Shown in pieces: positions 1 through 8,653 of a stretch of DNA of 64,000 nt. Position 1 is the first letter of the stretch, and each line of letters starts with the position of its first letter. Source of the stretch: Candidatus Latescibacterota bacterium (lineage in GTDB: Bacteria; Latescibacterota; UBA2968; UBA8231). Under the pieces are notes generated by a model. That model was not told where the DNA came from. It did no database searches and worked only from the letters and a program-made list of their open reading frames with translations. A program made the position numbers and the translations under genes. The stretch spans positions 256,001 through 320,000 of the forward strand of contig OZ220090.1 of the NCBI GenBank assembly GCA_964291625.2, read 5' to 3'.

Positions 1-921
1 CGGGCCCTCGTCCTCGATGCGCAGATCGACCGCCTCCGGATCGTTGCGCAACAGGCCGCACGGGGCCTCGAACTTGCCTGTTCCCGCCACCGGCGAGAGC
101 TCGGCGAGGTTGGCCAGGGCGATCAGGTCGGAGAGGGCGTGGCCGTAGAGGCGGCTCGGCTGCAGGCGGGTCTCCAGGGCGAAGGCGGCCTCCGGCAGGC
201 CCGCGGCCAGGACGTCGAGCAGGGCGCCCCCCAACAGCCGTTTGCGTTCGGCCATGGCGGCCAGGTGGCCTTCGTTGCGGCCGGTGTCGCCGCCGGCGTC
301 GATGAAGGCCCGCAGGGCCCGCCCCGACCAGGCCTCGACCTCGTCGGCCACCACCACGCACAGGACCCCCCCGGGTTTGAGGAACCGCGCCATGCGCAGC
401 AGGCCGGCGGGCAGGTCCTCGATGAAGTAGAGGATGTGGAGGGCGAGGACGAGGTCGACGCTGCCGTCGGGCGGGGGCGCCTGGTCAAGGGAGTCGATCT
501 CCTCGAAGCCGGCCAACATCGCCAGGCCCGGCCGCAGGTGGTCCTGGGTCTCCAGGAAGGCGCCGTAGTCGGCGGCATAGCCGGCGTTCGGCTCCTCGAA
601 GGAGACCGTGGTCCCCGCGGCCACGAGATCGGCGAGGAGGGCGAAGGTCTGGCCGTCGCCGGCGCCGAGGTCGAGGATGTGCCCCCCGGGGGGCACGACT
701 TGGGGGATCCGTTCGCGAAGGGCCGGGACGAAGAGGTCGCGCTGGTCGGTGCCCAGCATCCGCACGCGCCGCAACGGGTCGGCCTTGAGGAGCCGGGCGA
801 AGGTGTTGCGGTACTGCCGGTCCTTGTCGAGGCCGTGGAACTCGTTGCGCACCAGCTCCAGGGCCTCGTCGAAGCGCGGCGCCAGGTCCCGCGCCGTCTC
901 CCGGTCGATATGGATGGGCAT
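1..921 (-). CDS. Class I SAM-dependent methyltransferase, 3' end runs off the window
   Basis: My own translation (absent from the ORF track because it is open-ended): MPIHIDRETARDLAPRF...HILDLGAGDG (motif I)...VDLVLALHILYF...LKPGG. GAGGAG RBS precedes the ATG at 921. Confidence 0.85.
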   Translation of the reverse strand, partial: MPIHIDRETARDLAPRFDEALELVRNEFHGLDKDRQYRNTFARLLKADPLRRVRMLGTDQRDLFVPALRERIPQVVPPGGHILDLGAGDGQTFALLADLVAAGTTVSFEEPNAGYAADYGAFLETQDHLRPGLAMLAGFEEIDSLDQAPPPDGSVDLVLALHILYFIEDLPAGLLRMARFLKPGGVLCVVVADEVEAWSGRALRAFIDAGGDTGRNEGHLAAMAERKRLLGGALLDVLAAGLPEAAFALETRLQPSRLYGHALSDLIALANLAELSPVAGTGKFEAPCGLLRNDPEAVDLRIEDEGP

Positions 922-996
922 CTCATCTCCTCGGCGAGGGAACCGGCGCCGGACCGCTGATTGACAGCCGCCGGAGTCCCCCCGTTGAATGAAGAG

Positions 997-1026
997 GGAA
1001 TGAAACGGAGAATGTCCCTGTCCAAT
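997..1026 (+). promoter_or_regulatory. Putative ECF sigma promoter, GGAATGAA-N15-GTCCAAT, autoregulatory
   Basis: The same motif with identical spacing recurs at 3236-3265. It resembles the GGAA.../GTC ECF consensus and lies directly before the ECF sigma gene. Confidence 0.7.
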
Positions 1027-1600
1027 GAGTGTGGATCCGCCGTCCGACCTGGAGCTGACGAGGAGGGCCCGCGATGGTGACGACCACGCTTTCCGCGAGC
1101 TCGTGGACCGGTACGAATCCCGGGTGGCGGCCACCGTCGTCGGCATGCTGGGACCGGGGCCCGACGCCGAGGACGTGGGCCAGGAGACGTTCATCCGCTT
1201 CCACGCCGCCCTCGGGCGCTTCCGCGGCGAGGCGGCCCTCGGCACCTACCTCACCCGGATCGCCATCAACCTCTCCCTCAACGCCTCGAAGAGCCGGCAG
1301 AAGGCCCGGTGGAGATCGTGGAGCCTGGACAGCGAGCAGGACCCGGCGCCCGAGCCCGTCACCGACGGGGCGGGCCTGCAGGACCAGGCCGATACCCGCG
1401 CCGAGGTGCAGGCGGCCCTGCAGCAGCTCAAGCCCGATCACCGCGCCGTGGTGGTGCTGCGCATGATCCAGGGGTACTCGACCCGCGAGACGGCGCAGGC
1501 CCTGGGCCTGCCCGAGGGCACGGTGCTGTCCCGGCTGTCCCGCGGGATGGCCAACCTGAAGGAGATCCTGCAGCGGAGCATGGATCATGAAGAGAACTGA
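1025..1600 (+). CDS. ECF RNA polymerase sigma factor (sigma-70 family); true start may be GTG at 1031
   Basis: Region 2 (GDDHAFRELVDRY, DAEDVGQETF, TYLTRIAIN) and region 4 (YSTRETAQALGLPEGTVLSRLSRG). Confidence 0.95.
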   Translation: MSVDPPSDLELTRRARDGDDHAFRELVDRYESRVAATVVGMLGPGPDAEDVGQETFIRFHAALGRFRGEAALGTYLTRIAINLSLNASKSRQKARWRSWSLDSEQDPAPEPVTDGAGLQDQADTRAEVQAALQQLKPDHRAVVVLRMIQGYSTRETAQALGLPEGTVLSRLSRGMANLKEILQRSMDHEEN

Positions 1601-2003
1601 ACGCGAAGAGTGGCTGGCCCGGGCCCTGGGCGGCGATCTCGACCCGGCGCAGCAGGCCCGCTTCGAGGAGCTGCTCTCCTCGGACGAGGGCTTCCGCACC
1701 GAGTGGGAGCAGCTGCGCCAGGCGGGCGACCTGGTCTCCGAGGCCCGGGCCGAAGGCTTCGGCCCCCACTTCTCGGCGCGGGTCCTGGCCCGCCTGCGCA
1801 GCGAGAGGGCCGCGCCCGGCCTCGCCGACGGCCTCATGCGTCTCTTCCGGCCCCTGGTGCCGGTAACCCTCGCGGTGGCCCTCTTCCTCGCCGTGCTCAA
1901 CTGGCGGGACCGCGATCTCTCCGCCGAGGGCGCCTCCTTCCTGGAGATCACCTTCGCCGTGCCGCCGGTCTCGGCGGAGACCGCGGAACTCCTGGAGATG
2001 TGA
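1587..2003 (+). CDS. Putative membrane anti-sigma factor
   Basis: Overlaps the sigma gene. The N-terminus is anti-sigma-like without ZAS cysteines and is followed by one TM helix (LVPVTLAVALFLAVL). Confidence 0.75.
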   Translation: MKRTEREEWLARALGGDLDPAQQARFEELLSSDEGFRTEWEQLRQAGDLVSEARAEGFGPHFSARVLARLRSERAAPGLADGLMRLFRPLVPVTLAVALFLAVLNWRDRDLSAEGASFLEITFAVPPVSAETAELLEM

Positions 2004-2410
2004 CCGTGTCCTCCCGCACCCGCATCGCCGCCATCCTCATCGCCACCCTCGTGCTCGGAATGGTGGTGGGGTCCCTCGGTCACAGCGTCTACCAGCGCCA
2101 CCGCTTCCGCGACGCCCTGAGCCTGGCCAGACCCGCCCTCTTCACCGCCGGCATCCGGCGCGCCATCGGCCCGGTGGAGGACGAGCGGCGCGAGCGGATC
2201 GCCGAGGTCCTGCGCCGCATCGACCGGCGCATGCGCGCCAACCGCATCGCCCGGGACCAGGAGCGCCGGGCCCAGCTGGACTCCATCCGGGCGGCCCTGC
2301 ATCCGCTGCTGACGGACGCGGAGCGCCGGCGGCTGCAGCGGCACCTGGAGCGGCACAAGCGCTGGATGAAGCGCGGCCCCGCCCGCCATCACGGCGGCCG
2401 GCTGCACTAG
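2000..2410 (+). CDS. Membrane-anchored helical periplasmic protein (Spy/CpxP/heavy-metal-sensor-like)
   Basis: GTG start overlaps the previous stop. N-terminal TM segment, then an Arg-rich helical region with LLTDAERRRL (LTxxQ-like). Typical third gene of ECF triads. Confidence 0.7.
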   Translation: MTVSSRTRIAAILIATLVLGMVVGSLGHSVYQRHRFRDALSLARPALFTAGIRRAIGPVEDERRERIAEVLRRIDRRMRANRIARDQERRAQLDSIRAALHPLLTDAERRRLQRHLERHKRWMKRGPARHHGGRLH

Positions 2411-2484
2411 CAGCTCCGGATGGCTGTTCGGGGCACCCGGTGGGGCGCAGACGCGGCGGCTCCTGCTCGATCAAGCAGGCCTCG

Positions 2485-3201
2485 ATGACCAACCGCCGCT
2501 GGAACAAGGCCCAGGTCAGTGAGCGCGACTGGTGGCGGTCCCGCGCCGCCGACATGGACCTGGGGTTCTACGCCGCCTTCGCCCGGGCCCTGCGCGGCCA
2601 CGTCGAGGGCATTCTCACCCTTGGGCCCGATACCCGGATCCTGGAGATCGGCAGCGGCGCGGCGGGAATCCTCACCCACCTCGGCGAGAGCGGTCATCGC
2701 CACGCCGTCGATCCCCTGGAGGACTTCTACGCCTCGGTGCAGCGCTTCAGGGACTTCCGCGATCCCGCCGTGCACTACCATGCGGGAGCGGGTGAGCGGC
2801 TCGATTTCCCCGCGGACCACTTCGACCTGGTCATCATGGACAACGTCCTCGACCACTGCGCCGACCCCGGGCAGGTCCTGGCCGAGATGCACCGGGTCCT
2901 GAAGCCGGGGGGAACCGCCTACTTCCGCCAGAACACCTACCACCCATGGGGTCGCCTGGTGCGGGGACTGATGGAGTGCTTCCAGATCGACCGCGGGCAT
3001 CCCCACACCTTCTCCAAGGGATACCTGCAGCGGCGCTTCAGAGGGTTGGGACTGCAGGTGCGCCGCTTCGAGCGCGAAGGCTACCGGGCCACCTGGATCC
3101 GGGAGATCCGCTCGTCCCGCGCCCTGGACCGGGTCAAGGCGCTGCTCTTCGCGACCCGGGACCGCACCCTCTACATCCTTCAGAAGACCTCGGGCGCCTG
3201 A
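2485..3201 (+). CDS. Class I SAM-dependent methyltransferase (Methyltransf_11-like)
   Basis: ILEIGSG, FDLVIMDNVLDH, RVLKPGG motifs. Confidence 0.9.
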   Translation: MTNRRWNKAQVSERDWWRSRAADMDLGFYAAFARALRGHVEGILTLGPDTRILEIGSGAAGILTHLGESGHRHAVDPLEDFYASVQRFRDFRDPAVHYHAGAGERLDFPADHFDLVIMDNVLDHCADPGQVLAEMHRVLKPGGTAYFRQNTYHPWGRLVRGLMECFQIDRGHPHTFSKGYLQRRFRGLGLQVRRFEREGYRATWIREIRSSRALDRVKALLFATRDRTLYILQKTSGA

Positions 3202-3235
3202 AAGGAGCAAGACGGGGCGCCGCGCGAACAAGAGT

Positions 3236-3265
3236 GGAATGAAGCGCTCCCCGCCGTTGTCCAAT
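3236..3265 (+). promoter_or_regulatory. Second copy of the putative ECF promoter
   Basis: GGAATGAAgcg...tGTCCAAT with the same 23-nt GGAA-to-GTC offset as 997-1026. Confidence 0.7.
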
Positions 3266-3329
3266 GGCGTGAGAGCAGGACAACGGCCCGGAATCATCCG
3301 GCCGCAACCCACTCGATCGGAGGAGCCCC

Positions 3330-3803
3330 ATGAAGGCCATTCCCACCATCGCCGCCGCCGTCCTCGTCCTGGGGACGCTTCCCGCCGCCGCCGAGTCCGA
3401 AGGCGAGGACCGGAAGGCCAAGGCCGAGGAGGCTCGCGCGGCCCTCCTGGACGACCTCGGCCTCGAAGGCGACCAGAGGTCGCAGGTCGAGGAGATCCTG
3501 GAGGCGCACGCCGAGAAGGGCGGGGAGCTGTTCTCGGAGCACCGCGAGTCCCGGGGCGAAGGGCGTGAGCAGTTGCGCCAGTCGCGGCGCGAAGCGCGGG
3601 ACCAGAGGCAGGCGCTGCGGGAGGAGACGGAGGGCAGGCTGAAGGAGGTGTTGAGCGACGAGCAGTTCACCCGGCTGCAGGAACTGCGCAAGGAGAGACG
3701 GAAGGAGCGCGGCGGCGACCACCACCGCGAGGGATTCAGCCGCGGCGGCGAGGAGCGCGGCGGCAAGGGACACCGCGGCGGCAGGGGCAAGTCCCACCAC
3801 TGA
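3330..3803 (+). CDS. Secreted Spy/CpxP-like helical protein
   Basis: GGAGGAG RBS, signal peptide ending AAA-ES, LGLEGDQ and VLSDEQ (LTxxQ-like) motifs, Gly/Arg/His-rich tail. Confidence 0.75.
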   Translation: MKAIPTIAAAVLVLGTLPAAAESEGEDRKAKAEEARAALLDDLGLEGDQRSQVEEILEAHAEKGGELFSEHRESRGEGREQLRQSRREARDQRQALREETEGRLKEVLSDEQFTRLQELRKERRKERGGDHHREGFSRGGEERGGKGHRGGRGKSHH

Positions 3804-3820
3804 GCGGCGATCGAAATTCC

Positions 3821-3858
3821 ACGAGCGGCGCCGGTCCCGCGGGATCGGTGCCGCTCGT
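3821..3858 (+). terminator. GC-rich hairpin between convergent genes
   Basis: ACGAGCGGCGCCGGTCCC / GGGATCGGTGCCGCTCGT pairs over about 17 bp with two G-U pairs on the + strand. The U-tract is weak. Confidence 0.6.
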
Positions 3859-3902
3859 TCGTGTACGGCCCTCCGGCACGGGGATGGCGGGGCGGCGCCG
3901 AC

Positions 3903-5840
3903 TCAGGGCGTGTAGTACCACAGGCGCCGCTTCTCCGGCGCCGTGTTGGGCTCGTACGCCCGGACTCGCTCCTCGTTGAAGTAGAGTTCCACCATTTTCA
4001 GCGGCCTCAGGGGAAACTCCCTTTTCCACTGGCGCGCCAGGTACTTGCAGAACAGGGGGCGGTAGTCCTTCTTCGCGCTCCTGCGCAGGGACATCATGTA
4101 CTTGCGCCAGCGCTGGCCGTGGAAGGTCCGCACGATGGGGTCGGGCCGCTCCCACGAGACCGGGGCGAGCTTCTCTCCCAGGACGACGTGCCGGTAGAGG
4201 TCGACCTGGGTCCCGTCGTTCAAGGTGCCGACCACCACGTACCACCCGCTGTTGCGGGAGGGGTACGGGGCGAACATGCTCCATCGCTGGCTGACTCGCA
4301 GGAGGCGGCCGTACCACCGCAGGTCCGGGCCGGGAGCCTGCCCGGGCCGGGAGCCGGTCATCCAGCCCGCCGCCGCCGCCGAGAGCCCGGCCGCCTTCGA
4401 GTCCGCTGCGAAGACCTCCTTGGTGTGGAAGCCGCGGGCGTTCCACAGGACGACGTAGGCGAGGGTTGCGAGGAGCACGGCACTACCCGCCCAGGCCAGG
4501 GGCCGGGCCACCGGTCTCGCCGGCCGCGGGCGCATCCAGGCGGTGAGGCGCCCCATCAGCTCGCGGCGGCTCGCCGTCTGCTCGTAGAGCCAGGTGCCGG
4601 GCCTGCGGAAGACCGCCGCCCCGAGGACCGCCCCCAGGGGCCATCCCCACGGAGAGCGGGAGAGCACGTACGCCAGCGCCTCGAACTTGAAGTGCCGCTT
4701 CCCTTCGTGATCGGTGACCACCCACGAGTCGCGCCGGCGCATGGCGCGCTCGATGGCGGGGTCGTCCTGGGCCCTGGCGACGGCGGTCTCGGGCAGGAGG
4801 AAGAAGGCGCGGATCACGAGGACCATGCGCCGGCAGAACCCGCAGTCGCCGTCGTAGTGCAGGGTCATCCCGAGGCGCCGCGGGTCCCGCCGGAAGCGGG
4901 CGAAGAGGCGGTCCCAGGCCGCCGGCGGCACCAGGGCCAGCCACATGGCGCCGCACACGTAGGAGAACAGGCCCAGCTGCAGGGTCGCCGTGAAGCCCGC
5001 GTGCAGGGCGAGCATGACGGCGCAGGCTGTGAACCGCAGGGGGCCGACGAAGACGGGAATCCAGATGAGGAAGGGAGCCCAGAACTCGAGGAGCAGAGTG
5101 CCCCGGGTGGCGAGCTCGAGCAGCCCCGGGGGCCACTCGCGCATCACGGTGGCCAGGGGCAGGGCCATGTAGTCGAGCTTGAGGGCGTGCCAGACCGCGG
5201 TGCGGTCCTCGGTCCAGATGGGGTCGGTCTTGAGCAGGGCCGTGGCCCAGTAGACGATGGAGACCTGGGCCATGAAGCAGAAGGCGGCCACCGACCAGGT
5301 ACGGTGGCCGCCCTCGTCGGGCCCGTCCTCCCGCGGCTCTCTCATGGCGGCGTCGACCGAGCCGCGCGCCCCGAGAGGGAGGAAGATCGACCAGAACAGG
5401 AGCATCCGGAAGAGCACGTCGCCGGCGTTGAGGACGGCGGGGTTGCGGTTGTGCAGCGACAGCAGCAGCAGCCAACTCAGCACCGTGAACAGCCGGGTGC
5501 GGTGGCCGATGAGCAGGCAGAAGGCGCAGAAGGCGGCCACCGCGAAGAGCGCCAACTGCACCCCCGGGAGGCCGCTGATCATGTGCAGGGAGACGCTCCA
5601 GGGGGTGGCGCTGGTATCCACCCGGTCGAGCAGGTCGACGCGCGGCAGCACGCCGGAGTCGGTGTAGAACACGCCGATGTCCCCCGCTCGCGCCGCCAGG
5701 TCGACGAGGAGGATCACCCCGAGGAGGATGCGGAACAGCGCCAGGGCCCGCAGGTCGAGGCCGAAGCGCTCCGGCCAGCGGCGGAGCCATCCGCGGATCT
5801 TCGTGCTCGTGGGGGCCGGGGCCGAGGTAGACGAATCCAT
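3903..5840 (-). CDS. HTTM-domain membrane protein with inserted DCC1-like thiol-disulfide oxidoreductase domain
   Basis: DLRALALFRILLG, RNPAVLNAGD and QRWSMFAPYP are HTTM motifs. Internal LHYDGDCGFC is the DCC motif. Confidence 0.85.
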   Translation of the reverse strand: MDSSTSAPAPTSTKIRGWLRRWPERFGLDLRALALFRILLGVILLVDLAARAGDIGVFYTDSGVLPRVDLLDRVDTSATPWSVSLHMISGLPGVQLALFAVAAFCAFCLLIGHRTRLFTVLSWLLLLSLHNRNPAVLNAGDVLFRMLLFWSIFLPLGARGSVDAAMREPREDGPDEGGHRTWSVAAFCFMAQVSIVYWATALLKTDPIWTEDRTAVWHALKLDYMALPLATVMREWPPGLLELATRGTLLLEFWAPFLIWIPVFVGPLRFTACAVMLALHAGFTATLQLGLFSYVCGAMWLALVPPAAWDRLFARFRRDPRRLGMTLHYDGDCGFCRRMVLVIRAFFLLPETAVARAQDDPAIERAMRRRDSWVVTDHEGKRHFKFEALAYVLSRSPWGWPLGAVLGAAVFRRPGTWLYEQTASRRELMGRLTAWMRPRPARPVARPLAWAGSAVLLATLAYVVLWNARGFHTKEVFAADSKAAGLSAAAAGWMTGSRPGQAPGPDLRWYGRLLRVSQRWSMFAPYPSRNSGWYVVVGTLNDGTQVDLYRHVVLGEKLAPVSWERPDPIVRTFHGQRWRKYMMSLRRSAKKDYRPLFCKYLARQWKREFPLRPLKMVELYFNEERVRAYEPNTAPEKRRLWYYTP

Positions 5841-5952
5841 GCGGGGCGGCGGTCTTCAGGGCGGGGGCGGGGCGCGGGGAAGGGGGAGGCTGCGGGTCAA
5901 TAGGTAGTGCCCGTCTGGACGCGGGACAAGCCGGGGCGCGCGAGGCCCGCCG

Positions 5953-7548
5953 CTACTGGTCGTAGCGTTCCCGGTACATCGCCCGCAGCGCCTCCGCCTC
6001 CTCGGGATCGAGCCCCTTCATCCAGGCGTGCTCCTCCCGGGCGAGGAGGGCCGCCACCCGGGCGCGGTACTTCTCGCCCAGCTCCTCGCTCCGGCCCTCC
6101 GCCGCCTCCACCGCCGCCGGCAGGAACTCCAGGTAGTAGTGCTTGGCCACCTCGTACATGCCGTGCCAGTGGGTGTAGTCGGGGCCCATCATGCTGGCCC
6201 CGTGGCGGGCCCGGCGGCCTTCGTGGTGCCACAGCTCCCAGAACACCCACTGCACCTCGTGCTCGAAGGGCGCCTCCGGCTTCAGCACGCCGTCGGCGGC
6301 GAGGTCGTCCATCATCGCCTTGGCCGGCCGCGCGAACTTCTCGTTGTAGAGGACGATCAGGTCGTCGAACTGCTTGTAGAAGTTGTCCACGTAGGTGTCG
6401 CTGTGGCAGTTGAGGCAGGCGCCCTTCATCTTCTCCCGCCGCTCCTGCCAGGTGACGATCTGCGCCACCCTCCTCGGGACCGTCCGGCCGACGAGCTCCT
6501 CCCCCTCCACGAACTTCTCCTCCGTCTCCACCAGCTCTCCCGGTTCGGGCAGGGCGCGCGTGTCCGGATAGTCCTCGCGGAAGCCGTCCTCGAAGATCAC
6601 CAGGTTCTGCTTGGTGCTGATCACCGGCCTCAGGGTCCAGCTGATGCGCTCCCCCACGTCGTGGCTGTTCGCCTCGTACACCCCCTGGGGCGTCATGTAG
6701 CTGCTGATGTGGCATGTGGCGCACGTGGGGGCCGCCGAGTAGTCGCGGCCGAGGACCCAGTCGCCCTCCTTGTCGAGGGCCATGCGGTCGCGGTTGGCGT
6801 AGAAGGCGATGCCGTGCTTCGACTCGTTGTAGACCTCGATCTGCGGATGGTCGGGGCCCATGTGGCACTTGCCGCAGTTCTCGGGCGCCCGCGACAGGCT
6901 GGCCTGGAAGGCGTGGCGCGAGTGGCAGGCGTGGCACGAGCCCTTCGAGCCGTCGGGATTCAGCCGCCCCATGCCGCTATTGGGCCAGGTGTCGGCGTCG
7001 ATCACCGGCTTGCCCTCGCGGCCGTCGCGCAGGATGGCGCCGGACTCGTCGCGCTCGAAGCGCACGATGCTGCCGTGGCACTGCCAGCAGCCGTTGACGG
7101 CGTCGGCGATGTTGTCCGGGAGGCCGGCGGCGCGCTCGGCCAGGATGTTGTCGAGGCTGGCCAGGATCTCTCCCGCCCGGGCGTGGTGGCTGACGGAGAA
7201 CTGCTCGAACTCGCGCACGTGGCAGGTAGCGCAGTCCTTCGGGGTCACCAGCGCCGAGATCCAGACCCCCTCGTGCTCCCAGGCGTCGACGTCGTCGGGG
7301 CTGGCGGTGTGGCAGTCGAAGCAGCCGACGCCGAACTCGGCGTGGCGCGACGCCTCCCACTCCATCACCAGGGCCGGGCTGTCCTGGCGGTGGCAGGAGA
7401 CGCAGCCCTCGTTGGAGGCGGTCACCACCGGTCCGGGCTCCTCCTCCTGGCGGGCGAGCCTCGACTCGTGGTAAGCCACCAGCAGCAGGGACAGCAGGAA
7501 GAGGAAGGAAAGGGCCGCCACGAGGTAGCGCTTGGCCGTCAGTGTCAT
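5953..7548 (-). CDS. Membrane-anchored octaheme cytochrome c, hydroxylamine oxidoreductase (HAO) family
   Basis: Eight CxxCH motifs (CVSCH, CFDCH, CATCH, CWQCH, CHACH, CGKCH, CATCH, CLNCH). HAO-family signatures CHMGPDHPQIEVYNESKHG and MGPDYTHWHG. N-terminal TM helix. Confidence 0.92.
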   Translation of the reverse strand: MTLTAKRYLVAALSFLFLLSLLLVAYHESRLARQEEEPGPVVTASNEGCVSCHRQDSPALVMEWEASRHAEFGVGCFDCHTASPDDVDAWEHEGVWISALVTPKDCATCHVREFEQFSVSHHARAGEILASLDNILAERAAGLPDNIADAVNGCWQCHGSIVRFERDESGAILRDGREGKPVIDADTWPNSGMGRLNPDGSKGSCHACHSRHAFQASLSRAPENCGKCHMGPDHPQIEVYNESKHGIAFYANRDRMALDKEGDWVLGRDYSAAPTCATCHISSYMTPQGVYEANSHDVGERISWTLRPVISTKQNLVIFEDGFREDYPDTRALPEPGELVETEEKFVEGEELVGRTVPRRVAQIVTWQERREKMKGACLNCHSDTYVDNFYKQFDDLIVLYNEKFARPAKAMMDDLAADGVLKPEAPFEHEVQWVFWELWHHEGRRARHGASMMGPDYTHWHGMYEVAKHYYLEFLPAAVEAAEGRSEELGEKYRARVAALLAREEHAWMKGLDPEEAEALRAMYRERYDQ

Positions 7549-7570
7549 GCGAGCAATCCTCCCGGGGGTC

Positions 7571-8653
7571 TCAGGGGACGTGTCCGGTGTCGAGGCTCTC
7601 CCACACGGTCAGGGCGAGAAAGCCGAGAAAGGCGAGGGCTCCCAGAGCAACGGAGGCGGTCTCGGGCAGGCGCAGGCGCCGTTGCAGCCAGCTCTCGATG
7701 AAGGGCCAGAGCAGCACCGCCGCCAGCGCCGCCGCGGTGAGCAGCACGGTGATCCGCAGGGAGGTGAGCTTGAGGAGGCGGAAGCTGAAGTAGAAGTACC
7801 ACTCGGGCTTGATGTGGTCGGGGGTCCGGGACGGGTCGGCGGGCTCGCCGAGGCCCGCCGGCCAGACCAGGGCCAGCAGGGTCAGGACGTACATCAGCAG
7901 CACGCCGATGAGCAGCTCGGTGGTGGCGTGGTCGGGCCAGAAGGGGAAGTGCCGCTCCTCCTCGCGGACCTCCTCCCCTTCGAAGACGTGCTCGGTGACG
8001 CCCTGCATCCGCACCAGGCTGATGTGCAGTCCCAGGAGGACGAAGGCGGCGGTGGGCAGCACGCCGATGTGGAGGATGAAGAGCCGGGTCAGGGTGTTGG
8101 CGCCGATCTCCTCGCCGCCGCGCATCAGGTGCGCCGCCACGGTCCCGACCCCGGGCAGGGCTTCCACGAGGTTGGCGGCCACCGTCACCCCCCAGTAGCT
8201 CAGTTGCTCGTAGACGAGGGAGTAGCCGGTGAACCCGAAGGCGAGGGTGGTGAGCAGCAGGCCGACGCCGACCATCCAGTTGAGCTGGCGCGGGTGGCGG
8301 TACGAGCCGGTGAAGTAGACCCGCAGCATGTGCAGGAAGAGGGCGGCGATCATGAGGTGGGAGGCCCAGTGGTGCAGGGAGCGGATGTACCAGCCGAAGC
8401 GGATCTCGCGGGTGATCGTCTCGACGCTGGCGAAGGCCTGCTCGGGGGAGGGCACGTAGTAGAAGGTCAGGGCGATGCCGGTGAGGACCTGGACGACGAA
8501 GAGGTAGGCCACCGTGCCGCCGAGGCAGAACCACCACTTCTTCAGGTGACGGGGCACCGGCTCGGCGCCGGCGTGGCGTATCAGCTCCCAGTCGAGGGGG
8601 AAGAGGTCGCTCCAGCGCCGCTCGCGGGGGGCGGCCTCGCCGGGCGTCCTCAC
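7571..8653 (-). CDS. petB: Cytochrome b of a Rieske/cytochrome b complex (single-chain b6+subunit IV type)
   Basis: WWFCLGG, IRSLHHWASH, LHMLRV, FILHIGV..LHISL heme ligands and the IKPEWYF Qo motif. GTG start at 8653 overlaps the Rieske stop; the longer track ORF has a spurious N-terminus. Confidence 0.93.
   Translation of the reverse strand: MRTPGEAAPRERRWSDLFPLDWELIRHAGAEPVPRHLKKWWFCLGGTVAYLFVVQVLTGIALTFYYVPSPEQAFASVETITREIRFGWYIRSLHHWASHLMIAALFLHMLRVYFTGSYRHPRQLNWMVGVGLLLTTLAFGFTGYSLVYEQLSYWGVTVAANLVEALPGVGTVAAHLMRGGEEIGANTLTRLFILHIGVLPTAAFVLLGLHISLVRMQGVTEHVFEGEEVREEERHFPFWPDHATTELLIGVLLMYVLTLLALVWPAGLGEPADPSRTPDHIKPEWYFYFSFRLLKLTSLRITVLLTAAALAAVLLWPFIESWLQRRLRLPETASVALGALAFLGFLALTVWESLDTGHVP

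Noticed and set aside
961-990. TTGACA upstream of the ECF gene as a housekeeping promoter
   Set aside because: No convincing -10 element at a 16-18 nt spacing.
5953-7548. Evidence for ammonia oxidation or anammox
   Set aside because: No amo, cycA/cycB or hzs genes are in the window, and the C-terminal motif looks like the non-cross-linked type.
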